The notes: generated by a model not told the origin, from the letters alone. Shown: positions 21,657 to 30,466, numbered from the stretch's first letter. The stretch is 36,134 bases of DNA from an uncultured Clostridia bacterium (GCA_947624455.1 CANQKL010000002.1:1-36134); one strand, 5' to 3'. Made by a program: numbers and translations.

Positions 21657-24171
21657 TTACCTCACTCCCTTCCTCATAATATGTGCCATCCTCGATGTAG
21701 GAAAGGTCAAATTCCTTTCTCTTCTTTGTGAGCTCATCGTTGATATCCTTAACATTAAGGTAGAGAGCCTCACGGGGATTCTGACCGTCGGTAACTACGT
21801 TCTTATAAGCCATGTCAACCATACGGGTCGTCATGTAGTATCCGGGAACATCGGGAATACCTACTGTGTTATCGAACTGATCCAACAGTGTGTCGGCCTG
21901 GGTCGCGGACCAGGGAAGGCTGCGCAGAACGTTCTTGTTAGCAGTAGCGTAACGGGCGCCGCTGCCCATGATAGCCTCGATGGTCGTGGCAAAGCTGGCC
22001 TGGACGTCGTCGGACAGCCACCACTTCATGAAGTTCCAGCCGTCGTCGTAACGGTCGCTGCTCTCAAGGATGGTGGTGTGTACCGAGGTGGCAACAGCGG
22101 TATTGTTGATGTTGCCGTTCTCGTCCTGGAAACCGGGCAGGGGAGCGAAGCTCCACAGACCCTTGATCTCGGGAGCGAATACCTCCAGAGTATTGTAGGT
22201 GGTGTAGTCTGCTATGCCAATGGGTATCTCGCCGGTACGGAAACGGTTGGAGAAGTCGGCGGATACGGGCAGGTCATAAGCGGTGAAGAATTCGCACAGA
22301 CGCTTGAAGGCGATCATGGCTTCCTCATCTCTTAAGCCGGACTCTATGCCGTAGTCAGTGGATTTGCCCACGGCCTGAACGTCGGAGGCGTCCTTGACGG
22401 GATCGCCGTCTCTGTCGTAATAAGTCTCGCCCTCGCTGCCGTGGTAGAGGTCGCCGCCGTTCTGATAAACCATGGTGTTTATCATAAGGCTGGAGGGCAT
22501 ATAGAAGTCATAGTTGTTGATGTGGAGGTCGGATATCATCTCGCCCACCTCGTCCCAGGTCTTGGGAACGGAAAGGCCCAGCTCGTTGAGGATATCCTCA
22601 CGGTAGAACATCATGCTGAAGTTCTCAGTCTCGGGGAGGCCGTAAACTCCGCCGTGATAGGTGACGGTCTGGAGCGCGCTGTTGTAGAAACGGCTGGCCT
22701 GCTCCTCAAAGTCGGGGAACTGAGTGAGGTCGTGCAAAGCTCCTCTGTAAGCGAAGTTCATGATATTGGACTGACCCATGTTCAGCGCCACGTCGGGGCC
22801 GTTGCCCGCCAAGGTAGCGGGAAGGATAACGGACGCGGGAATGAGCTGAAGGTTTACCGGTATGCCGTTGTTGGGAGCGAAATCGCTGTCTATAAGGTTC
22901 TTGATGACGTTAGACTGGTCGCGGCCGGTCTGGGTCCAAACCTTAAGAGCGCCCTTGTTGTTGCCGGAGTCGTCCAGCTGAGTCTCGTCAACAAAGAAGG
23001 TGGCGAAGAAGCGGATAGCCTCGTGGAAAGCGGCCTTAAGACCGTTAGGCTCGGCGTTCTTAAGCTTCGCGCCAGGAGCGCTGAGGGTGAGGCTGTCGAT
23101 CTCAAGAGGCATCTCGGAAATCGTCAGCATCCAGGTGGACAGGGCGGAGATGTTGCTCTTGAAATCGCTTATTTCCTTAACTACTCTTTCGGGGTCCTCG
23201 GCAAAGCGCTCGGCCTGCTGAGCAACCTTTTCCAGATTAGTGGTGTTGGAGCCTTTTTCTCCGGTTATCTCTACCATCTCGTCAACAATGGCGTTCAGGT
23301 TCTTAGCCTGCTGGCGCATGGTAGACTTGAAGCCGTCGATCTTGTCCTCGATCTCGTAGTCGATATGAGCGTCGGGAACGGTACCGGTGATCTTAACTAT
23401 TCTCAGATAGAAGTTGTTAAGATCCTGCACGCTCTGGCTGATCTTGGTGTAAGCGTTGGCAAAGTCGCCCAGGCATACGTCAAGACCGATGGTGTTCTCA
23501 CCGGCGTTCAGATAGAAAAGAGCGGGTTCCTTGTCATTGGACACAACGTAGTTCTGGAAGGAGCCGGAGAAGTCGAAGCCGACCTTCTTAGCCTCCTCAA
23601 AGGGAACCACGCCGTTGATGGTCAGGCGGCGGTAGCTCTTTACGCCGCGGTTGGTAGCCTGACGTCCGCGGAAGGTAAGCTGATAATAACCGGCCTCGGG
23701 AACGTTCACTACCCACTTGACGCTGTCGCCGGGAGTCTGCCAGCTTGTGCCGCCCATGGTGTTCAGCAGAACGTTCCAGTGGTGGTAAGGTACCGTGTAG
23801 GAGCTGGAATAGTCAGAGGACATACCGATGGAGGGAGAAGACTTGATTATCTTCGTCACCACGTCGTCGGTACGCTCGGCCTGACCGGTCAGATTTTCAC
23901 CGGCGTAAGAGGGGCCGGGGTTCTTGGCCAGATATTCCTCGTATGTAGGCGGCTCCTCAGCCTGGCAAAGGGTGATGCCCGCTATCTTGACAGGCTCCTT
24001 GGCCTCGACCAGCGTCAGCGTGTGCGGGCCGGCGCTGAAATAGAAGGCGTAAGGCTCAAGGGAGCGGTAGTTCTCATCGGAATAGAAGAACTCGTAGTCG
24101 TCGGGATCATATATCTCAATTGGCGATCTCGCCGTCGTTATTGAGCCAGGCTCTCTGGAAAGAGATCTGCT
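21649..24171 (-). CDS. C-terminal part of a frameshift-split giant SBP: end of CBM-like module 1, CBM-like module 2, helical linker, family-1 extracellular solute-binding domain
   Basis: The frame is open up to 24171, but the only in-frame start is GTG 23862, which has no RBS. The stretch upstream of that GTG reads as good protein (EIYDPDDYEFFYSDENYRSLEPYAFYFSAGPHTLTLVEAKEP...). CBM-like module GDSVKWVVNVPEAGYYQLTFRG..RRLTINGVVPF..PALFYLNAGENTIGLDV. SBP core GALKVWTQTGRDQSNVIKNLIDSDF... Confidence 0.7.
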   Translation of the reverse strand, partial: SRSLSREPGSITTARSPIEIYDPDDYEFFYSDENYRSLEPYAFYFSAGPHTLTLVEAKEPVKIAGITLCQAEEPPTYEEYLAKNPGPSYAGENLTGQAERTDDVVTKIIKSSPSIGMSSDYSSSYTVPYHHWNVLLNTMGGTSWQTPGDSVKWVVNVPEAGYYQLTFRGRQATNRGVKSYRRLTINGVVPFEEAKKVGFDFSGSFQNYVVSNDKEPALFYLNAGENTIGLDVCLGDFANAYTKISQSVQDLNNFYLRIVKITGTVPDAHIDYEIEDKIDGFKSTMRQQAKNLNAIVDEMVEITGEKGSNTTNLEKVAQQAERFAEDPERVVKEISDFKSNISALSTWMLTISEMPLEIDSLTLSAPGAKLKNAEPNGLKAAFHEAIRFFATFFVDETQLDDSGNNKGALKVWTQTGRDQSNVIKNLIDSDFAPNNGIPVNLQLIPASVILPATLAGNGPDVALNMGQSNIMNFAYRGALHDLTQFPDFEEQASRFYNSALQTVTYHGGVYGLPETENFSMMFYREDILNELGLSVPKTWDEVGEMISDLHINNYDFYMPSSLMINTMVYQNGGDLYHGSEGETYYDRDGDPVKDASDVQAVGKSTDYGIESGLRDEEAMIAFKRLCEFFTAYDLPVSADFSNRFRTGEIPIGIADYTTYNTLEVFAPEIKGLWSFAPLPGFQDENGNINNTAVATSVHTTILESSDRYDDGWNFMKWWLSDDVQASFATTIEAIMGSGARYATANKNVLRSLPWSATQADTLLDQFDNTVGIPDVPGYYMTTRMVDMAYKNVVTDGQNPREALYLNVKDINDELTKKRKEFDLSYIEDGTYYEEGSEVNE

Positions 24172-24601
24172 TCATACCGTCGAACAATGTCTCGCCGTCG
24201 ATCTGTACGCTTCTCTGAGGAGTGGCGTTTGTGCCCTCCAGGGAGTAGTACTTAAACTTGATGTTGTAAAAACCGGCCTGGGCAACATCAAAATTCCAGG
24301 TGATGTCGCCGCGTTCGCCGATGGTCACGCCCTGGGAATCCAGCGCCGCGCCAGCTTCGGGATCCGCCGTAAAGTTCGCTATGTCAACCTCGACAGGGGT
24401 CGCGGGGCCGGCCTTTGACGAGTCATAGTTGTGGTCCTCGAGATAGGACTGATACGATTCGTCCATAAACCGACCGGACACGCCAAAGTTGGCCACAGTG
24501 TCCTTTGAACCGGGGAGCACGAATGCAAGGAGCACCAGGAGCGCGATGACCGCAATGATAACGCCTACAACGATAAGGCGCTTTTTGGTTTTTGCCTCCA
24601 T
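24116..24601 (-). CDS. N-terminal part of the same split gene: TM anchor plus first two thirds of CBM-like module 1
   Basis: ATG 24601 lies 9 nt after GGAGGG. TM anchor LIVVGVIIAVIALLVLLAFVL. Module start GDITWNFDVAQAGFYNIKFKYY..RSVQIDGETLFDGMKQISFQRAW. Stop TGA at 24116-24118 falls in the middle of the module. Confidence 0.7.
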   Translation of the reverse strand: MEAKTKKRLIVVGVIIAVIALLVLLAFVLPGSKDTVANFGVSGRFMDESYQSYLEDHNYDSSKAGPATPVEVDIANFTADPEAGAALDSQGVTIGERGDITWNFDVAQAGFYNIKFKYYSLEGTNATPQRSVQIDGETLFDGMKQISFQRAWLNNDGEIAN

Positions 24602-24621
24602 GTTTTAAATCCCTCCGTTCA

Positions 24622-26760
24622 TTATTCTACCGTAAGTTCCGTTGCCACTCTTGTTACGTTGTGAGCGAAGTCTTCCACATAGATCTCGACCGGGTAAGTT
24701 CCGGGAACGGTAACGTCCAGGTCGGTCACAACGGCGGAAACTCTCGACTTGAGGTTAATGCCGTTGACATCCTCCGCTGTCTCGACGCAGTTGTCGCCCC
24801 AGTTGTAGCTGGAGGTGTCGGTGCCGACGCCGATCTTGGGAAGTTCTTCCTTGAGTACCAGAGTGGGAGGCTCAGTGCTTTGATCGTCGTATACAAAGGC
24901 CTCGAACTTTTGCTCGTTTTTATTTCCGGCATAGTCGGTAGTGGTAACTACTATACCGTCGGTATACTGGCCGGGGGTGTTGAAGTCAACGCCGGAATAA
25001 TCCACGGTCATCTTACCGTCGAGCCACTCCTCCTGGGGGATGGGTTCGCCGTCGTCGTCGACCGCGCCCTCGTCCACGTGCTTTCTGAGCTGGATCTTCG
25101 AGCCGTCCATCTGGATGTCGTAATCGCCGTCAACATTGTCGTTGGCCTTGATCCGATCAGCCCAATTTATGTCGGCGGGGTTTGTATCACGCTCAAAAAT
25201 GAAGGAGTTATTTTCCTTAGAGCTGGCGGAGGGGGCGATATCGTCCACAACCTCGCCCTTTCTGAGGGCCTTAGACATATTGTCCAGCTTCTCGTACACG
25301 GTATTCTTATTGGCCTCCACGGCGGTAGCGTACTTGGGCATTCCCCCAAAGCCGTAGATGGACTTGCCCGCGATATCGGTCCAGGTCCAGAACACGCCGA
25401 TAGCCTCGGAATAGTCGTTTACCTTAGTGCGGCCCATAAGCTCAAATATCTTCAGAATATCGTCGCCGGTCTCGGGGTGGAGGATATCCACGCCGAAGGA
25501 CAGGGCCTCGGGTCCGGCCTGCCTTTCCATATACTCGTCTATGCTGTCCACGCCGCCGTAAGCCTTGTAGTACTCGCTCTTATAGGTGGCGTAAGCCTCC
25601 AGGGCCAGCTTGCTGCGCTCGGCGTCGTGTCCCTTCATCAGGCCCACGCTGTCGGCCGCCGCGCTGAGTATCCGGTACTGGGAGGAGTTATTCATTATTT
25701 CCTCGTCAGTGGGAGCGGGAACATTGTCAGGACGGGGGAAGGGGATGATGCCCATGCTCTCGCCCCGGCCAGCCAAAGCGCTGCCCGCGTTATCCATCTG
25801 CCAGCGGGCCACGTTGGTGAACACCGTCTCGCCGTTGCAGAAAGCGTCCGTCTCGGTAAGCCAGCCGGAGTCGATAGAGGTATCGCTTACAGTGGAGCAG
25901 GAGATAAGACCGGAGTTTATCATTCTGTCCATATACTCGATAGCCGTCTTAGCCTCGGCGGTATCAAAGCTCATGTTCGCGCCGTCGTAAACGGCCTGAC
26001 CGTTGGAAGCGATGGCCATAAGCACCGCGTAGCTGTAGTTCGTATTGAAGGGAACGATGTCGTTGGAAGAATTGACAGGCCCCTTTTTGCCGTTGTAATA
26101 GGCTTTTATCTTGGCGAGGTAATCCTCGAACCTGCTCCAGGTCCACTCTCCGCGCAGATACAGGTCGGAGGGATAAACCGTCCGTCCGTTCTCTTTAAGG
26201 GCGGGGACAGCCTCTATGTAATCAATATTGTAGCAAATTGGCCATGTGTTCACAAACAGCAGGTCACGGTTCATCAGGTAATAGCTGCCGAATGTCTTTC
26301 CTATGGGAATCCAGGCCTTATCCGCATCGTCCTCACCGAAGAAAACATCGTCAACATACGGATCCAGAGGCTGGAGTATGTTCTGGTTCATAATGTTTCC
26401 CTGGACGCCGTTCCACAGAACGGCCAGGTCGCAGTAGGGATCGCCCGCCAGCACCGTCTGAAGCAGAAGCTGCTGAAGGTCGCTGGAATACTGGGACCAG
26501 GTGATCTCAACGTTGAGCTTATCCTTCACGATGGAAAGGGCTTTTTCAGCCGCCCGAAGATAATCCGGGTTCATCGTGGACTCGCCGGTGATCTCATCCA
26601 CCCAGTTGGGGTCGTCCTCCTGCTGAGCGTGAGTGCCAATGACGATGGTGGTCAACGCATTGGCTCCACCCTGACCGGTGGGTTTACAACCCGCAAGGGA
26701 GACCGCCGCCAAAGCGACCGCGGACGTTACGGCAAGCAAAGCTTTTAACCTTACGCGCAT
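24622..26760 (-). CDS. extracellular solute-binding lipoprotein (family 1) with a C-terminal tandem Ig-like extension
   Basis: ATG 26760 follows AAGGATGTGG; the track start 26838 lies inside the promoter region. Lipobox AVSLAGC. SBP core of ~500 aa. The C-terminal ~190 aa shows two Ig-like motifs of the type VDxxxPGxYxVxY.......GN (VDFNTPGQYTDGIVVTTTDYAGN and LDVTVPGTYPVEIYVEDFAHN). Confidence 0.85.
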   Translation of the reverse strand: MRVRLKALLAVTSAVALAAVSLAGCKPTGQGGANALTTIVIGTHAQQEDDPNWVDEITGESTMNPDYLRAAEKALSIVKDKLNVEITWSQYSSDLQQLLLQTVLAGDPYCDLAVLWNGVQGNIMNQNILQPLDPYVDDVFFGEDDADKAWIPIGKTFGSYYLMNRDLLFVNTWPICYNIDYIEAVPALKENGRTVYPSDLYLRGEWTWSRFEDYLAKIKAYYNGKKGPVNSSNDIVPFNTNYSYAVLMAIASNGQAVYDGANMSFDTAEAKTAIEYMDRMINSGLISCSTVSDTSIDSGWLTETDAFCNGETVFTNVARWQMDNAGSALAGRGESMGIIPFPRPDNVPAPTDEEIMNNSSQYRILSAAADSVGLMKGHDAERSKLALEAYATYKSEYYKAYGGVDSIDEYMERQAGPEALSFGVDILHPETGDDILKIFELMGRTKVNDYSEAIGVFWTWTDIAGKSIYGFGGMPKYATAVEANKNTVYEKLDNMSKALRKGEVVDDIAPSASSKENNSFIFERDTNPADINWADRIKANDNVDGDYDIQMDGSKIQLRKHVDEGAVDDDGEPIPQEEWLDGKMTVDYSGVDFNTPGQYTDGIVVTTTDYAGNKNEQKFEAFVYDDQSTEPPTLVLKEELPKIGVGTDTSSYNWGDNCVETAEDVNGINLKSRVSAVVTDLDVTVPGTYPVEIYVEDFAHNVTRVATELTVE

Positions 26761-26809
26761 TTTTTCCACATCCTTTTTTAGTAATTTTGCACACTGCTTG
26801 CATACTACT

Positions 26810-26838
26810 ATTATACACAAAAACTCTAAAAACTGCAA
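26810..26838 (-). promoter_or_regulatory. sigma-70-type promoter candidate for the 14-kb operon
   Basis: On the minus strand: TTGCAG (26838-26833), 17-nt spacer, TATAAT (26815-26810). Phased A/T tracts lie immediately upstream (26839-26890), UP-element-like. Confidence 0.5.
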
Positions 26839-26884
26839 GTGTTTTTTGTAGATTTTTTATAAAAATTTTAAATTTTTTATGTAT

Positions 26885-26923
26885 AAAATAAAAATGGGCT
26901 GAAAACATAATGTTTCTTGCCCA
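26885..26923 (-). terminator. Rho-independent terminator candidate of pheST (bidirectional shape)
   Basis: ATGGGC (26894-26899) ... GCCCAT (26918-26923) with an inner GAAAACAT/ATGTTTC pairing. Flanked by an A-run (26885-26893) and a T-run (26924-26929). Confidence 0.5.
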
Positions 26924-27035
26924 TTTTTTATTGTAATTTATTAACAAAAGCAGGATTCGTTAAAATCTCACAAATTTCGACGGCTCCGGTCATAAATTTC
27001 CGACACCGCGCGGCGCCGGAGCCGAACCGCCTGTG

Positions 27036-29417
27036 CTATCTGAGCGCGGCGCCCAGGTTGTGTTCCAGGCTACGAAGGACCTTGTTCCAAATTTTATTGA
27101 CCTCCTCCTCCTTGAGGGTCTTGTCGGCCCGGAAGGTGACGCTGTAAGCGACGCTCTTTTTGCCCTCGGGTATCTGACTGCCCTTGTACACGTCAAACAG
27201 CTCCATATCCTCCAAAAGGTTCCCGGCGGCGCGGCGTATAACTCCGTCTATGTCGGCGGCCTTTACCGCGTCGTCCACCAGCATAGCCAGATCCCTTGTG
27301 ACGGCGGGGTATCGGGACAGGGGCTTGTAAACCGTGTCGTTACCGGAACACTTGAGTACGTATTCCAGGTCTATCTCCGCCAGGAAAGCCTCGCCGACGC
27401 CGTAATTGCCGCAGACGTCCGGATGCACCTCCCCTACCGTTCCGACTTTCTTCTTATTAATATATATGTCCGCGCTCTTGCCCGGGTGGTAGATGGGGTT
27501 GGGTTCGGCGGCGTCGAAGGCGACGTTGGTAACGCCCATAACGTCAAACAGCTCCTCTACCGCGCCCTTGATGTCATAGAAATCCATATCCCCATAGCCG
27601 CCCAGAGTGATTATCTCCTTTTCCTTGGGAAGACGGGTCAGAGGCAGCTCCTTGGCGATATATACGGTAGCCAGCTCAAAGAGGCGGGCGTTCTTGTTTT
27701 TGTGGTTATAGTTCCTTGCCAGCACCTCAAGCATACCGGTGACGGGGGTGGTGCGCATAACGCTGGTATCCTCGCCCAGAGGATTGAGGATGCGGATGCA
27801 GCCGCGCAGGTCGTCGCCGGCGTTTATCATGTCAAGGGTGCGGGGGCTGGTGAAGCTGTAGGTCATTATCTCGTAATAGCCCTGGCCCACCAGAGTGTTC
27901 TTCACCTTCGCGCGCAGGGTCTGGGCCTTAGTAAGGCCGCCGCTGGTGGCCTGTCCGCTCATGAGAGTAGAGGGTATCCTGTCATAGCCGTAGAGCCGCG
28001 CCACTTCCTCGGCCACATCGGCCTCGCCCTCGATATCCATGCGGTAGGTGGGTGGAGTAACGGTCATTTTTTCGCCGTCCACCTCCATATCCAGCCGCTT
28101 GAGAGCGTCCAGCATAAAGGCGTCGTCGATGTCCGCGCCTATGAAAGACCTGATCCAGTCGGGCCGGAAGGGTATCACTACCTTGGAGTGGTCGGTGTTA
28201 TCCACATCTATCATGCCGCCGACCACCTTGCCCGCTCCCAGCTCCTCAACGAGCTGGCAGGCCCGGTTGATGGCCTTCACGACCATATTGGGATCAAGTC
28301 CCTTTTCATAGCGGGAGGAGGATTCGGTGCGCAGGCCCAGCTTGCGGGCGGTGGCCCGAACGCTGCCCCTGAGGAAGTTTGCGCACTCGAAGAGTACGGC
28401 CTTGGTGTCGTCCTTTATCTCAGAATTGGCGCCGCCCATAACTCCCGCCACGCAGACGGGCTTTTTGCCGTCGCAGATCATGAGCATGGAGTCGTCCAGG
28501 ACGTGGGACTGCCCGTCGAGGGTGATTATCTCCTCGCCGTTTTTGGCCCGGCGAACGATTATCTCATGCCCCTCCAGGAAGTCCAGATCGAAAGCGTGCA
28601 TGGGCTGGCCATACTCCAGCATAACATAGTTCGTTATGTCAACGATATTGCTGATGGGCCGAACTCCGGCGGCCTTGAGCCGCTTCTGCATCCAATCGGG
28701 GGAGGGGGCGATCTTGATGTCCTTTACCAGGCGGCAGGCGTAGCGGGGGCAGAGGTCGGGAGCCTCCACGGTGACCTTGGCGATGCTGTTGACGTCGCCG
28801 CCAGCCAGCGCCTTTACCTCCACAGGCGGAACGGCGAAGGGTACGTTAAAGGTGGCCGCCGTCTCCCGGGCCAGACCAATGACGCTCAGGCAGTCGGGGC
28901 GGTTGGGAGTTATCTCAAATTCGACCACGGTCTCCTTTTCCCCAAGGGCCTTCATAACGTCGGCGCCCAAGGGATAGTCCCGCTGGAATATGAGTATGCC
29001 GTTGGGATCGCTGCCGGGGATGACTCCGTCCTCAAAGCCCAGCTCATAGTGGGAGCAGAGCATACCGTTGCTGACCTCGCCCCGGAGCTTGCCGCTCTTG
29101 ATGGTGACGCCGCCGGGTAGCTTGGCGCCGTTGGTAGCCACGGGGACAAGCTGCCCCACCTCTATATTCTGAGCGCCGGTGACAATCTGGACCGGCTCGC
29201 CGGAGCCAATGTCAACGGTGGTTATCCACATATGGTCGGAGTTGGTGTGCCGGGTCTTGGTGAGGATACGGCCAAAGACCACGCCTTCCGTCTCGCTGCC
29301 CTCATAGGCCCAGCCCTCCACCTTGCTGCCGGAGAGGGTCATAGCGTCGCAGTACTCCTTTACGTCCACGCCCTCCAGCTTTAAATAGTCGTTCAGCCAA
29401 CTAAGGGGTAATTTCAT
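27036..29417 (-). CDS. pheT: phenylalanine--tRNA ligase beta subunit
   Basis: 793 aa starting MKLPLSWLNDYL. N-terminal tRNA-binding domain, B3/4 and B5 regions and a C-terminal anticodon-binding-like domain are recognisable. Lies directly downstream of pheS. Confidence 0.95.
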   Translation of the reverse strand: MKLPLSWLNDYLKLEGVDVKEYCDAMTLSGSKVEGWAYEGSETEGVVFGRILTKTRHTNSDHMWITTVDIGSGEPVQIVTGAQNIEVGQLVPVATNGAKLPGGVTIKSGKLRGEVSNGMLCSHYELGFEDGVIPGSDPNGILIFQRDYPLGADVMKALGEKETVVEFEITPNRPDCLSVIGLARETAATFNVPFAVPPVEVKALAGGDVNSIAKVTVEAPDLCPRYACRLVKDIKIAPSPDWMQKRLKAAGVRPISNIVDITNYVMLEYGQPMHAFDLDFLEGHEIIVRRAKNGEEIITLDGQSHVLDDSMLMICDGKKPVCVAGVMGGANSEIKDDTKAVLFECANFLRGSVRATARKLGLRTESSSRYEKGLDPNMVVKAINRACQLVEELGAGKVVGGMIDVDNTDHSKVVIPFRPDWIRSFIGADIDDAFMLDALKRLDMEVDGEKMTVTPPTYRMDIEGEADVAEEVARLYGYDRIPSTLMSGQATSGGLTKAQTLRAKVKNTLVGQGYYEIMTYSFTSPRTLDMINAGDDLRGCIRILNPLGEDTSVMRTTPVTGMLEVLARNYNHKNKNARLFELATVYIAKELPLTRLPKEKEIITLGGYGDMDFYDIKGAVEELFDVMGVTNVAFDAAEPNPIYHPGKSADIYINKKKVGTVGEVHPDVCGNYGVGEAFLAEIDLEYVLKCSGNDTVYKPLSRYPAVTRDLAMLVDDAVKAADIDGVIRRAAGNLLEDMELFDVYKGSQIPEGKKSVAYSVTFRADKTLKEEEVNKIWNKVLRSLEHNLGAALR

Positions 29418-29446
29418 CTATATCAATCCTTTCGTCATAACCTGAT

Positions 29447-30466
29447 TTAAAACTGTTTGAGGAAGCGCAGATCGTTCTCGAAGAACAACCGCAGGTCGTC
29501 GATGCCGTACTTGAACATGGCTATGCGCTCAAGGCCGAGGCCGAAGGCGAAGCCGCTGTATTCCTCGGGGTCTATGCCGCCCACCCGCAGCACCTTGGGG
29601 TGAACCATGCCCGCGCCCAGTATCTCTATCCAGCCCTCGCCCTTGCACATACCGCAGCCCTTGCCCCCGCAGGCGAAGCAGGACACGTCCACCTCGGCCG
29701 AGGGTTCGGTAAAGGGGAAGTGATGGGGCCGCAGACGTATCTTGGCATCGGGGCCGTAAAGGCCCTTGACCACCGCCTCGAGAGTACCCTTGAGGTCGGC
29801 CATGGTGATGCCCTTGTCGATGACGAGGCCCTCTATCTGGTGGAAAACCGGGGAATGGGTGGCGTCCACGGCGTCGCTGCGGAACACCCGTCCGGGGGCT
29901 ATCATGCGTATGGGGGGCTTGGTCTGCTCCATGACCCTTATCTGCACGGGAGAGGTCTGGGTGCGGAGGATTATGTTGTCATTAATATAAAAGGTATCCT
30001 GAGTGTCCCGGGCGGGATGGTCGGCGGGAATGTTCAGGGCCTCGAAGTTGTAGTAATCGGTCTCAATATCCGGGCCCTCCGCCACAGAAAAGCCCATGCC
30101 GGTGAAGATAGCGGTTATCTCGTCAAGCACCTGATTGAGGGGGTGGAGCCGACCGGTGGCCTTGCGCCTGCCGGGGATGGTGACGTCGATGACCTCGTTT
30201 TTCAGCTTCGCCTCCCGTTCTCTGGCGGCAACGGCGGCCTTTTTCTCCTCGATCTTGCCCTCGATATAGGCCCGGGCCTCATTGGCAAGCTGGCCTATGA
30301 CGGGCCTCTCCTGGGGAGAGAGGTTCCCCATGCCCCTGAGCACGGCGGTAAGCTCACCCTTTTTGCCCAAAAATTTGACCCTGACCGCTTCAAGGGCCTC
30401 GCCGTTCTCCACGGCGTTCAGCGCCTCCTCCGCCGCCTGACGGATCTTTTCAAGCTGTTCCTTCAT
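29447..30466 (-). CDS. pheS: phenylalanine--tRNA ligase alpha subunit
   Basis: ATG 30466 lies 7 nt after AAAGGAAG; the track start 30469 is TTG. Class II motifs include [30 protein letters not shown] and [13 protein letters not shown]. Confidence 0.95.
   Translation of the reverse strand: MKEQLEKIRQAAEEALNAVENGEALEAVRVKFLGKKGELTAVLRGMGNLSPQERPVIGQLANEARAYIEGKIEEKKAAVAAREREAKLKNEVIDVTIPGRRKATGRLHPLNQVLDEITAIFTGMGFSVAEGPDIETDYYNFEALNIPADHPARDTQDTFYINDNIILRTQTSPVQIRVMEQTKPPIRMIAPGRVFRSDAVDATHSPVFHQIEGLVIDKGITMADLKGTLEAVVKGLYGPDAKIRLRPHHFPFTEPSAEVDVSCFACGGKGCGMCKGEGWIEILGAGMVHPKVLRVGGIDPEEYSGFAFGLGLERIAMFKYGIDDLRLFFENDLRFLKQF

Noticed and set aside
24116-24124. Programmed +1 ribosomal frameshift at AAT-TGA-G, by analogy with prfB.
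   Set aside because: There is no CUU-UGA-type slippery P-site codon (tRNA-Asn on AAU cannot re-pair on AUU) and no Shine-Dalgarno-like stimulator 3 nt upstream. A simple indel is the more economical explanation, although recoding cannot be formally excluded from sequence alone.
26787-26802. cre-like (CcpA) operator in the 5' UTR of the 14-kb operon (TGCAAGCAGTGTGCAA on the minus strand).
   Set aside because: It misses the central CG and the W positions of the TGWAANCGNTNWCA consensus and is not a true palindrome.
26839-26950. A very AT-rich block between the operon promoter and the pheT terminator, considered as a possible IS end, att site or replication-related element.
   Set aside because: There are no inverted or direct terminal repeats, recombinase genes or DnaA-box-like motifs. 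Phased A/T tracts directly upstream of a -35 box are adequately explained as an UP element or curved promoter DNA plus terminator flanks.
26972-27023. 8-bp GC stem GGCTCCGG/CCGGAGCC with a 26-nt loop just after the pheT stop, with nearby AAATTTC(C)GAC direct repeats, considered as the pheT terminator or a regulatory RNA.
   Set aside because: The loop is too large and no U-run follows on the minus strand. The hairpin at 26894-26923 with a U-run is the better terminator. The short direct repeat is only 10-11 nt.
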